Shown piece after piece: positions 54,893 to 64,000 of a DNA stretch of 64,000 nt. This DNA comes from an uncultured Planctomycetota bacterium. GTDB taxonomy: Bacteria > Planctomycetota > Planctomycetia > Isosphaerales > Isosphaeraceae. A model generated the notes under the pieces. That model saw nothing but the letters and a program-made list of their open reading frames with translations, was not told the DNA's origin and ran no database searches. Every line of letters begins with the position of its first letter. The stretch's first letter is position 1. Where the stretch lies: the NCBI GenBank assembly GCA_963823665.1, contig CAWGMQ010000004.1, positions 2,528,001 through 2,592,000 of the forward strand, read 5' to 3'. The translations under genes were made by a program, and so were the position numbers.

Positions 54893-56470
54893 TCAGCTCG
54901 AGAGTCGGCGGGCAGATTGTTTGAATTGCCGATAGGCGGCTGCGAGGACGCGGACGTCGAGCGGCTTGGCGAGGAGGCCGTCCATGCCGGCGCGGAGCAC
55001 TCGCTCGTGGTTCTCGGGGGTTGCCGCGCTGGTCAGGCAGAAGATGGGAACACGGCGGCTCGAGCGGCTCTTGGCGCGCATCGCGGCGGCCGTGGCGCAG
55101 CCATCCTTGCGGGGCATTTCCAGATCCATGAGGACGAAGTCGAACTCATTCCTGGCCCAGGCCTTGAGGGCGGCCTTGTAGCCATCAACGGAGGTGACGA
55201 GGACTTTGTGACGCGCGAGGATTGCGGCGGTGTCGGCGCGCACGGCCGGATCGTCGTCGACGACCATGGCGCGGCGCTGGGACGGCTGCGTTCCAGGTAG
55301 GTGCGCCAGGGTGCTGCGCGGCGGCCGTGTTTCGCTGGCCCATTTCACCGCGCCGATCGCGGCGATGACGTGCACGGCGATGGCGATGATGGCCCCGGTG
55401 CGCGACTCTGGCTCGGGCGCGAGCAGGACGAGCGTTCCGAGGGTACCCTCGCCATCTTTGATCGCCGCCGCCTGAAGCGCGTAGTGGTTGTCACCGAAGC
55501 GGAGGACTTGCTCGTCGCCACCGGGAGCGGGACTGATGACGTGCTTTGCGGCCTGTTCGGCGCCCCATTGGATGAGCGGGTCGCGCGCATCGGCGTCGGG
55601 GCGGCCCGACGAGCGGGCCGGGGTTCCGGCCGCGTCGCCGCCCGTCACGCCGTTTGGCGAAGGTGACGTGGCAATGGGTTTTCCACTGCGGTCGGTGAAA
55701 ATGAGGATCGTATCGGAGCCGACGGTGCATTCGGCGAGTCGCGACGCGATATTCCCGAGGCCGAGACCGGCGACCAGCACGGCACCGGCGGATCGATCGT
55801 TGGTGGGGACAATCCGACAGGCGTCGGCGCGATTGCCGGAGAGGCTGAGCGGCCCCTTACCGGGGTGGACTTCACCCCATCGAGGTGGGTCAGTTCCATA
55901 CGACCCATCGAGCCAAGGCTGGGCCCAGTCATCGCCGACGGCCGGTTCCATGAGCAGATCGGGGGCAGGCCCGGACGTCTTCGGGGTGATTTTGCCTGTT
56001 TTCGGTAGTTGAACGGTCAGTCGATCGGAGGGGTATTTGCGCCAGTAAGTCCAGAGGCTGCCATCGCCCCGGCGTTCGGCGAGCGCGAGGGCGCCGCCAC
56101 GTGCCGAGAAGCCAATGAAGACGAGGTCTGGATGTTCCTCGAGCCGCACGGCGAACCGCGGGGCCATGCTCTGGACGTGATCCCGGAACCAATCGTCGGT
56201 TGTTTCCTCGAGCCAATCGAACTCGTTCCGAAGAGCGCCGGTGGCGGCCTCCGCACGGTTGGTCAATCGCGCCAGGGCGCGGCGGAACTGGGCCTGGCGC
56301 ACGTATTTTCGGAGGGGGTCAAATTCAACCGCCAACTGGCAGATCGCGAGGGTGGTCAGAAAGAAGATGGCCATGCAAACCGCGACGAGCACGGCTGCCC
56401 AGAGCGACCGACGGAAGTCGCGAGCGGAGTGCCGTGATTCGTTGAGCGCGGGTTGACGGCTCATGGTCAT
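54893..56470 (-). CDS. TM-Cache-TM-receiver protein lacking a kinase domain
   Basis: Two TMs around a Cache-like domain; REC motifs VVDDD, LMDLEMP, LTS, AKP. Confidence 0.8.
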   Translation of the reverse strand: MTMSRQPALNESRHSARDFRRSLWAAVLVAVCMAIFFLTTLAICQLAVEFDPLRKYVRQAQFRRALARLTNRAEAATGALRNEFDWLEETTDDWFRDHVQSMAPRFAVRLEEHPDLVFIGFSARGGALALAERRGDGSLWTYWRKYPSDRLTVQLPKTGKITPKTSGPAPDLLMEPAVGDDWAQPWLDGSYGTDPPRWGEVHPGKGPLSLSGNRADACRIVPTNDRSAGAVLVAGLGLGNIASRLAECTVGSDTILIFTDRSGKPIATSPSPNGVTGGDAAGTPARSSGRPDADARDPLIQWGAEQAAKHVISPAPGGDEQVLRFGDNHYALQAAAIKDGEGTLGTLVLLAPEPESRTGAIIAIAVHVIAAIGAVKWASETRPPRSTLAHLPGTQPSQRRAMVVDDDPAVRADTAAILARHKVLVTSVDGYKAALKAWARNEFDFVLMDLEMPRKDGCATAAAMRAKSRSSRRVPIFCLTSAATPENHERVLRAGMDGLLAKPLDVRVLAAAYRQFKQSARRLSS

Positions 56471-56551
56471 GCCTCGGTTCAACTTGCGGCCCATCTCGGA
56501 GCGTCGAGGCTCGCCGGCGCCGACTGAGGTGGAGATTCGTCGGAGCAATCT

Positions 56552-56567
56552 AGCTAGAGGCGTGCCA
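56552..56567 (-). promoter_or_regulatory. sigma54 (-24/-12) promoter
   Basis: TGGCACGCCTCTAGCT (perfect TGGCACG, GG-N10-GC). Confidence 0.72.
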
Positions 56568-56668
56568 TTTGGAGTGTAACCGTGAAAGCCGCTCTGCAAC
56601 ACCTTGCCAGACTGATGCTTGGGTTCGACACTGAGGATTCGGCCGTGGGGTCGAGGCAATCCGGCAAT

Positions 56669-56683
56669 CCGGAAGGATTCCGG
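56669..56683. promoter_or_regulatory. putative enhancer (UAS) palindrome CCGGAA-N3-TTCCGG
   Basis: CCGGAAGGATTCCGG within a run of TCCGG half-sites, 102 bp upstream of the sigma54 box. Confidence 0.6.
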
Positions 56684-56807
56684 AATTCCGGAAATGCGGC
56701 GTGCGGCTCGTAGATGTGATAGGCGGGTTTTTGCTAGAATCGGGCATCGACTTGAGATACCGCCAGGATTCCCTCCTCGCAACGGGCCGCGAAGGTGTGG
56801 TCGGGCC

Positions 56808-59800
56808 ATGGGACTGCGTCGACCCTTACTACCCATGCCGGCCGCGTTGCGCCGAGGAGCGCAGAACGCGTTTGATGCATTACCGTTGCGGTTGACGGTG
56901 ACGTTGCCGTTGCTGGCGGTGATTGGGTTGGCGGTGGCGGGAACCGCGGCGTGGTCGTTTCACGAGGGGCGGCTGACGGCGGAAGGATCGGCGTCGGGTT
57001 GGCGTGACGAGATTAGCTGGGGCGTGAGCCGAACGGTCGCGCTGCATCTGGGATCGTTGCGGGACATCACAGAGATGAACCTGGGGGGTCCGCGGGGAAC
57101 GACGACGATCCCGGCGAAACTGAGCGCGAAGGAGATCGGGGAATGGGAGCAGCGATTCCTCACGCAGCTCAAGGCGTTCCACGACGTTTCGTTCATCGGC
57201 CTGGGTACGGCAGGAGGCGATTTTATCGCGGCGGAGCGGCTAGAATCGGGCAGTCGGATTCGCATCGTGGTTCGCAGCGCGGAGACGCGTGGGGACGCGC
57301 GATCGTTCACTCCGCTGGACGGATTGCCGCGGGACGACGGGCACGGTGAGGCTTTGCAGCGGGGGCAAGCATACGACGCGACGAAGCGGAACTGGTACGC
57401 GAAGGCGGTGCGGGTCGACGGCGCTCCGACGTGGAGCAACGCCTTTGCGCCGGTGACCGGCGCGACGAACGCGGTGAGTGTGAGCGTGGCGGTTCTCGAC
57501 GCGAAGACCCGGGCGGTGCTGGGCGTGCTGACAGCGGGGACGAGCCTGGAGCAGCTTGGCCGCGTGCTGGAACCGGACCGGCCGATCGCCGAGGACGCCG
57601 CGCGGGCGCGGACGGTGGGCATTCTGCTTGATGGAGACGGCCAACCCGTTTGCACTGGGGATGCAACGGTGACCTCGACGCGGAGAGGCGTGGGCGAGCT
57701 TGTGCTTGCGCGGGGCGGAGGCGGAATGGATCAAGCTTCCAGAAGGAGCGCGGGCGAAGCGGGTCAGTGACCGGTCAGGCAATGCGTATTTTGTGGTGGC
57801 ACGACCGCTGGCGGACGCGGAGAGCCCTGAGCCGGGGACTGGGCCGAAACTGCCGGCGGGCTGGTCGCTCTTGATGCTGATTCCGCGAACGGAGGTGCCG
57901 TGGCTGGCCGAAGCGAGCAAGACGGCGCTGGTCGCGCTCCTCTTTTTATCGATCGCAGCCTGGACGGGGCTGGCGCTGGCGGAGGCTTTGATTCGACCGC
58001 TTGGCGAGCTGCGGGACAGAGCGGAGGCATTTGCGGAGCGGCTGGGTACGGCGTCGGTGTCGTCGACGGCACGAGGCGAGCTGCGGCAGCTTACCGAGAC
58101 AGTTGGATCGATGATCCGGAAGCTTGGCGAGCACGAGAGATCACTCTGGGCAGAGGCTCAAGCGGCAGACCGAGCGATTTGAGCTTCAATTTCGCCAGAC
58201 GGATCTTGCATTCATTGAATGGGATGACGGTTTTCGCGTTGTCCGCTGGAACGACGGGGCGAAGAAGATCTTCGGCTATTCGGAGGCAGAGGCCAAGAAC
58301 AGACCGGCGTGGGAGCTGATTCTGAGCGAGAACGCCGCGGCGGCCATAGAGCGCTTCCGGTCGATTCTCGGTGGCGAGATCGTTCCCTCGAACACGGAGA
58401 TCAACCACGACAAGCACGGGGTTCAGGTGCACTGCCGCTGGCAAAATGCGGTTCGGAAGAACAGTGACGGGCGCGTCATCGGCGTGGCCTCGGTCATTCG
58501 GGACGAGACGCGGGAGGCGAGGAGTCGCGTGGAGCTGGAGCGATTCGCTTCGTATGTGATCCACGATTGCGTTACTCCCGCCAGGGGGCTCAAGCGCGCT
58601 GGAGGAGGTCAGGAACGAAAAATACACGCAAGAGGAGCGCAGCAAGCTCCTGGAAGTCGCGGCGGAGCACTCGAAGTACCTGCACCGGAACATCGAGAAC
58701 CTCTGGGAGTCCTGCAGCTTCGGGCGGAGAACTTCGCGATCAAATCCGAGCGTTTTTCGCTGAAGTCGTGCGTCACATATGTGATTCGGAGTGCGCGACG
58801 AAAGCTGAAGCGGCGCGGCAAAACTGCCACGGTCAAGCTCGCGAAGGTAAAGCTGCCGGGAACGATTCCTGACGATCTTGTGGGGGACGAGAACAATTTG
58901 AAGCGGGTGCTGATGAATCTGCTGACGAACTCGGTCAAGTTCACCGATTCGGGGGAGATCGCGCTGGAGATTCGCGGGGGCACCCGGAATGGTCGGGCGA
59001 TCGTGGAGTTTGTGGTGAGGGACAGCGGCATCGGCATTCCGGCAGACCAGATTCCGAATGTGACGGTGGCGTTTTATCAGGTCAAGCAAGCAGACGTCGC
59101 GACTGAGGCAGGTGCGCCGCGGCGGAGGGAAGGGTGCGGACTGGGTTTGGCGATCGCGTCGGAAAGCGTTAGCGCGATGGGGGGCAAGCTGAGGATCGAA
59201 AGCAAGGTGGGGGAAGGGACGCGAGTTCGCTTCGCGCTCCGATTGGAACTGGCGCGGCGCCTGGCGACGGAGTTCCCGACACGGCGGGTGCGAGGCCGAC
59301 GGCAGAGGCCGGCGCTGGTGGCGTGGCGAGCGGCCAAGCGCGTACGGACCGGGAGTGGTGCGTTCTGCTCGTTGACGACGACAAGACACACCATAAGCTG
59401 TTCGACCTCGTTTGCAGGAGGCACGAGATCCGTACGCTGCACGCTTACAACAGCAAGGGCGCGAAACGGATGTTTGCGAAACATCACGGCGAGCTGGATG
59501 CGGTTCTTCTGGACATCCTTATGCCTGACGCGACGGGCTACGCCACTGCCGCCATGCTGCGCCGGATCGAGGCGCGATGGGCGGAGCCGCCATCCCGACA
59601 AATTCCGATCATTGCGTGCTCGGGCCTGCCCCGTAAAGAAATCTGGGAACGCTGCCGGAAATCGGGGATGAACGACTTGATCGGCAAGGGACTGGGTGCA
59701 AGCGACTTCGAGTGCGTGGTCGCGTGGTGTCGCGGCCAGGGACCGAAGGGCGCGGGCGCGACCGGATCGGCCGTTCCCGATCGCGAGGTGGCGCCGCCGC

Positions 59801-60168
59801 GGATCGGCTCAGTGCTCGAGCCCGTGAGCCTGCGGGACATGTTGCGAAGCCCGGAATGGGCGGTGAGTGTGGGAGTGGTGCTCGAGGAATTGCGCACGAT
59901 CGAGAGGGAGCTCAGCGACCGTGGATTCGAGCGGCTTGCGGATTCGGCGAGGTCGCTTCTGCTTCACAAGGTTTCGAACAAGCTCGTGGTGCTGCGGGCG
60001 GGGCGAGCCCTCGAGCTTGCGCAATCGCTGTATGCCAGGGCGGCAAGGAAGCCCGCGCAGTTTCCGTCGAGCGAGGAACGGGCGAGCCTCTTACACGAGG
60101 CGGCGATCGTGCGCGATCGCTGGCTGGAGCAAGCCGGGCGCGCGCTGCGCGCTGGCGCGAGAGGTTGA
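56808..60168 (+). CDS. hybrid sensor histidine kinase (Cache-HAMP-PAS-HisKA-HATPase-REC-Hpt-like), several frameshifts
   Basis: YDATKRNWY (Cache), PLGEL...ELRQL (HAMP), WNDGAKKIFGYS (PAS), IHDCVTP (H-box), NLLTNSVKFT, DSGIGI, GLGLAI, VLLVDDD...LLDILMP. Confidence 0.88.
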
Positions 60169-60285
60169 GCGCAGCCAAGACGGGCAAAACGGAACGGGAT
60201 GTCCACACCACAACGAGTGTCTGGCGCACGAGGTTGAGGCGGCTCGCGGGCGGTTGCTCGGCGGTCTGGAAGTGGAGACGAAGCG

Positions 60286-61710
60286 ATGAGAGTGCTTGTC
60301 GTCGACGACGAGAAGGAGATTGCCCGCCAGATCCGCGCGGGGCTCGAGAGCGACGGGTATCCGGATGTGGACGTCGCGCATGACATCGCGAGCGCACGGA
60401 AGCTCTTACAGAGCGATCAGCACGAACCATACGGGGCGATTGTGGTCGACTGGGTGCTTCCGGCGCGGCTCGATGACAAGCCCGACGAATCGGGTGGGCC
60501 CGGGTTCGTCGCCGAGCTGCGCGGCGCCGGGGAACGCAAGCCGCGCCCGTACGTGATCATGATTTCGGCACTTCCGCAAAACGCACCGGAGGCGATCGCG
60601 GCTGGCGCGGACGTGTTTTTGCCGAAGCCTGTCATATCGTTTTTGCTGGTTGCGTGCCTGATGCAGGCCGCGCGGCGGCAGGAAGCGGAGGTGGATCAGA
60701 CACGGGAATTGATCGAGGTGCTGGCCGCCGACAAGGCTGGCAATGCGTTCGTGGCGACCGGGCTTGAGGAAGTGATACGGGTCGTGAACCAGGTTGCCCG
60801 GCTTATGAGCAGCGTATTGATCACCGGCGAGACGGGAACCGGGAAAGAGTTAATCGCGTATGCACTTCACAAGCTAAGCCCGCGAGCGAAAATGCCATAC
60901 GTGGCGGCGAACTGCGCAGGGCTCTCCGAAACGCTGGCCGATAGCCAGTTGTTCGGACACAAGAAGGGAGCCTTCACCGGCGCGCACGCCGATCACCGGG
61001 GCTATTTCGAGAGTGCGCAGGGGGGCACGATTCTGCTTGACGAGGTCGGCGACTTGCCACTTTCGGTGCAATCGAAGCTGTTGAGGGCTTTGCAGGAGCG
61101 TACGATTCGGCCGCTGGGCGCGGAGCGAGATATTAACCTGAACGTGCGTGTGATCTCGGCGACCAAGCAGCCGCTCGATCGCTTGGTCGCGGACGGCCGA
61201 TTCCGGGACGACTTGTTCTATCGGCTCAATGTCGTTCGCATCGAGATGCCGACGCTTCGTCAGCGGCCGGGTGCGATCGCCGAAATGGCCCGGACGTTCT
61301 ACGCTCATTTCCGCGCGGAGCTCGGGGCTGAGGAGCGACTGGCGGACGAGTTGCCCCCGGCGCTCATTTCGCTGCTGGAGTCTCGCGAGTGGAAGGGGAA
61401 CGCGCGCGGGCTTTCGAATGCGATCGAGAGCGCGGTCGCCAGGGCGAGCGGTACCAACCTTACACCGGCGGAGTTCGTCGAGAGTGCACCGGTGCGATCG
61501 CCCGAGGAGTCGATTGAGTTCTACGCCAAATGTCTGCCCGCGTTCCCCTGCAACTTCGCGCACGAGCGCGACAACTTTATTGACGCGCTTATCCGCCAGG
61601 CGCTGTGCGCTGGTGGCAATCAATCGCAGGCGTCCAAGTTATTGAACATGAACGACTCGACGCTGAACGACAGGGTCCAGAAAATGAGGGAGCGCGGAAT
61701 CTCGCTTTGA
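60286..61710 (+). CDS. NtrC-family sigma54-dependent response regulator
   Basis: REC (VVDDE, VVDW), GETGTGKE, GAFTGA, LLDEVGD, FRDDLFYRL, WKGNARGL, Fis-type HTH. Confidence 0.95.
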   Translation: MRVLVVDDEKEIARQIRAGLESDGYPDVDVAHDIASARKLLQSDQHEPYGAIVVDWVLPARLDDKPDESGGPGFVAELRGAGERKPRPYVIMISALPQNAPEAIAAGADVFLPKPVISFLLVACLMQAARRQEAEVDQTRELIEVLAADKAGNAFVATGLEEVIRVVNQVARLMSSVLITGETGTGKELIAYALHKLSPRAKMPYVAANCAGLSETLADSQLFGHKKGAFTGAHADHRGYFESAQGGTILLDEVGDLPLSVQSKLLRALQERTIRPLGAERDINLNVRVISATKQPLDRLVADGRFRDDLFYRLNVVRIEMPTLRQRPGAIAEMARTFYAHFRAELGAEERLADELPPALISLLESREWKGNARGLSNAIESAVARASGTNLTPAEFVESAPVRSPEESIEFYAKCLPAFPCNFAHERDNFIDALIRQALCAGGNQSQASKLLNMNDSTLNDRVQKMRERGISL

Positions 61711-61917
61711 AACTCGGTTGTGCTCATCGGCGGCGGGTGCGCGGGGGAGGCGAGTGCCGCCGTAAACGTACCAGTCTCCTTCGCACCACCCGTAGTTCGT
61801 CACACCGGCTCGCCAGGCGCTGCAGGACCTGGTTTTGATGGGAATTCACTAGGCACGATTTTCCCAGGCCGTGAAGGCATCGCTAACACGCTCGAACTGC
61901 GCAACCTGCTGCGCAGC

Positions 61918-62365
61918 TTATGAGGCGACGCCCGCTTGATCGAGCAAGGTGGCGAGGCGGTCAAGCTCCTCGCGGGTCTGGTAGTCGATGATGATCTGGC
62001 CGCGATCGGAATTTCTTGCGCGGATCAAGACCGTGGTGCCCAGGTAGCGATGGAATCGCTGCTCTAGATCGAGGAAATGGGGGGCGCGGGCCACGATTTC
62101 GTGAGCGGGGTCTTTTCTGACCCGGGTGCGCGAGGGGGTGGGGATTCCGGTGGTGACCAAGGCCTCGGTCTGACGGACCGAGAGGTGTTCTTCGATGATT
62201 CGCTTGCAGGCCTCGGACTGGCTCTCGGCGTCGGGGAGGCCCAGGAGCGCGCGGGCGTGTCCCTGGGTGATTTCATTGCGGCGGACCGCTTCGAGGACGT
62301 CTTGCGGCAAGTCGAGGAACCGGATCAGGTTCGAGAGCGTGGATCGATCGACGCCCAAGCAGCCG
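61918..62365 (-). pseudogene. parB: ParB/Spo0J C-terminal fragment (HTH to C-terminus)
   Basis: LGVDRSTLSNLIRFLDLP...ITQGHARALL...LSVRQTEALV...GQIIIDY; N-terminal GERR domain absent. Confidence 0.82.
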
Positions 62366-62509
62366 GCGATTAACCTAGAGCCTTTTCGGTGCATCAGACT
62401 AAACAGATAAATTTATATCAATTCGACTAGTTTTGGCCAGCTTTTGCGTCTCAAGCTCAGTGATGGGACGGCAATTGCCCCCCCAATCGGCTCTTACGTT
62501 AACGCCTAT

Positions 62510-62567
62510 GGGGGTTCCCCCCTCGAGGATTTTAAGTCCTCAGCGTCTGCCTTTCCGCCACGCCGGC
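62510..62567 (-). pseudogene. tRNA-Leu(UAA) 5' part (acceptor 5' strand, D arm, anticodon arm, variable-arm-like hairpin; no T arm)
   Basis: GCCGGCGTGGCGGAAAGGCAGACGCTGAGGACTTAAAATCCTC then GGGGG-GAA-CCCCC, then unrelated sequence. Confidence 0.85.
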
Positions 62568-62824
62568 ACGATTCGGACCCACCGCAAGTCGAGAATCGGA
62601 CCGCCGCTCACCGCACGGATCAGCCGCCAATCAAACTCGGCGAACAGCATCCGGGGCATGGGACAGCCTGAAAGGCCGCCGCCACCGGCGATCAAATTGA
62701 CTGGTGTACCGGCGAGCCGATTGGGCGTATATTGGCTTCCAGGAGGATTCGCGCCGCAGGTCGCCCTCATCATCATGACCGGCGGCCGGTCCCGAGCGCC
62801 GTTGACTTGAATCAGGGAGCCTTG

Positions 62825-63520
62825 ATGATGTCCGTTACCGAGACCCTGAAGCCACCGCCAACGCACCTGCTCGACGGCGTTCCGCCCGACAAGCGCGTCG
62901 TCATCATCGACGTCACCTGGGACGACTATGAAAGCCTGGTCGAGCAAATCGGTGAGAGCAGAAACTGCCGCGTCGCCTTTGACGGTAAGGACATCGAGAT
63001 GATGACTCTGGGGCCGTTCCACGAACGGCAGAAGTCGCTTCTTGACTGGTTCATCATGATCGTCGCCAGCGAACTGAAGATCGAGCGCCAGCCGATGGGC
63101 TCAACGACCTGGAAGCGGAAGAAGCTCAAGCGTGCGATCGAGTCCGACGTCTGTTACTACTTCGATCCCGCCAAGCTGGCCGCAGCCGCAACCGCGGCAC
63201 ACTCGGATGACGTCGACCTTTATCCGAACCCCGACCTCGCCGCCGAGGTTGATATCTCAACGCCCAGGATCGATCGGCCGGGAATCTACGCCGCGCTGCA
63301 AGTGCCGGAATTCTGGCGCATACGCAATAAGGCAGTGTCGATTGAACAGCTCGGTCCCGATGGGACGTATCACGCAGTTCCGCGCAGCCGTTTCTTACCC
63401 GTGCGGCCCGAGGATGTCACCCGGTGGGTGTTCAGCGAGGATTCGAGCAGCCTGGTCGCGTGGGAAGAACGCCTGCGCCAATGGGTACGGGACGAGGTCG
63501 TTCCCAAGGCGGGCGCGTAG
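62825..63520 (+). CDS. Uma2 family (DUF820) PD-(D/E)XK-like protein
   Basis: VTWDDYE, GSTTW, ESDVCYY, PDLAAEVDIS, YAALQVPEFW. Confidence 0.9.
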   Translation: MMSVTETLKPPPTHLLDGVPPDKRVVIIDVTWDDYESLVEQIGESRNCRVAFDGKDIEMMTLGPFHERQKSLLDWFIMIVASELKIERQPMGSTTWKRKKLKRAIESDVCYYFDPAKLAAAATAAHSDDVDLYPNPDLAAEVDISTPRIDRPGIYAALQVPEFWRIRNKAVSIEQLGPDGTYHAVPRSRFLPVRPEDVTRWVFSEDSSSLVAWEERLRQWVRDEVVPKAGA

Positions 63521-63619
63521 GGCTTACCGCCTGGAGCTCTCTCTGGGTCGGCAGCGTGCTCGAATGTCTACAGGCTCTATCAGCGGCACCGAACCAGAAA
63601 GGACTGGCCACGAGCGAAG

Positions 63620-63676
63620 TACCGGCGGTGGGGATCGAACCCACACGGTGTTACCCCCAGAGGATTTTAAGTCCTC
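63620..63676 (-). pseudogene. tRNA-Leu(UAA) 3' part (anticodon arm to discriminator), attR-like
   Basis: GAGGACTTAAAATCCTCTGGGGGTAACACCGTGTGGGTTCGATCCCCACCGCCGGTA; upstream D-arm region degenerate. Confidence 0.85.
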
Positions 63677-63803
63677 GTTGTCTGCCACACATCTGGCATT
63701 GGCGATACGATGGAGTAGCGTTGGAATTCATCGCTGGAAAAATAGTTACGCCTTCGTCCGTCCAAAGTCACATTGAAGCCGCGTTGGGCTCGCGTGGCCA
63801 ACG

Positions 63804-63836
63804 TTGTTGCCAAATTGTTGCCAAATTGTTGCCAAC
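63804..63836. repeat. three tandem 11-bp repeats TTGTTGCCAAA/C (integrase arm-site-like)
   Basis: ttgttgccaaa ttgttgccaaa ttgttgccaac, about 130 bp from the tRNA core. Confidence 0.75.
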
Positions 63837-63869
63837 CCGACCTCCTGACAACCCCTCGGTCGTGGCACC

Positions 63870-64000
63870 TGCCACGCGATGCGGGCGACGACGCAGGAAG
63901 GTAGCTATGGAGTCCGCCGAACTTCAAACCGGGCAACATCATCGTGGGCAAGTTGGGCGAGACGTTGGCGGTCGACTGATGACTGGCCAAGCCGCTGGGG
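63870..64000 (+). pseudogene. Ser/Thr protein kinase fragment
   Basis: NFKPGNIIVGKLGETLAVD**LAKPLG: the planctomycete DWGLAK motif reads D-stop-stop, and the HRD region is frameshifted. Confidence 0.75.

Larger units (their letters stand above)
29351..62509. mobile_element. putative ~33-kb genomic island bounded by tRNA-Leu(UAA) fragments (no integrase inside)
   Basis: Same-orientation tRNA-Leu fragments at both ends, gene remnants at both borders, self-contained Tad plus regulatory cargo. Confidence 0.55.

Noticed and set aside
56721..56735. Plus-strand sigma54 promoter for the hybrid kinase (AGGCGGGTTTTTGCT)
   Set aside because: Spacing is GG-N9-GC; valid only if a T was lost from the homopolymer
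1350..60168. Widespread frameshifts read as mass pseudogenisation or programmed frameshifting
   Set aside because: They also hit housekeeping genes (thrC, M16 pair) without nonsense codons, which best fits long-read indel errors; raw reads are needed to settle it
62510..63676. Functional intact tRNA gene, or an RNA-level permuted tRNA
   Set aside because: Neither copy folds into a full cloverleaf alone; the halves are 1 kb apart with a duplicated anticodon arm, typical of DNA recombination sites
63667..63990. Minus-strand 107-aa ORF as an integrase C-terminus
   Set aside because: No tyrosine recombinase motifs; the region is better explained as a plus-strand kinase remnant

Overview
GC-rich planctomycete-like DNA. 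The RLESRWLLS export motif, PEP-CTERM proteins, Uma2 and type I dockerin suggest an Isosphaeraceae-like organism, which is an inference. Many genes are split by single-base indels, most likely long-read consensus errors, so reconstructed proteins are provisional. The window has four blocks. (1) 1-6 kb: housekeeping genes (rfbC, GNAT, M16 peptidase pair, thrC, metallophosphoesterase). (2) 6-29 kb: a surface-protein and modification region with TPR-glycosyltransferases, AsnB, a TPR-sulfotransferase, two PEP-CTERM proteins, a Gly-rich dockerin protein and a ~2,160-aa Vgb-propeller/RHS protein. The predicted autocleaved tip of the RHS protein starts at Trp and carries a full Zn-phospholipase C/P1-nuclease ligand pattern, with no immunity gene. 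(3) 29.35-62.5 kb: a putative ~33-kb island between tRNA-Leu(UAA) fragments. It encodes a secretin-less Tad/Flp pilus system with two CpaF ATPases and degenerate FHA domains, plus a pseudokinase-FGE/vWA/ABC module resembling T6SS PpkA/TagRST. An apparent regulatory cascade sits on top: Cache hybrid kinase, NtrC-type activator, two sigma54 promoters each with a CCGGAA-N3-TTCCGG palindrome ~100 bp upstream, and an ECF sigma. It also encodes a zinc-finger anti-sigma, a membrane-anchored Lon-like Ser-Lys protease and an exported phytochelatin-synthase-like protein. (4) 62-64 kb: a recombination hotspot with a truncated parB, complementary tRNA-Leu halves in permuted order flanking a Uma2 gene, integrase arm-like repeats and a kinase pseudogene.
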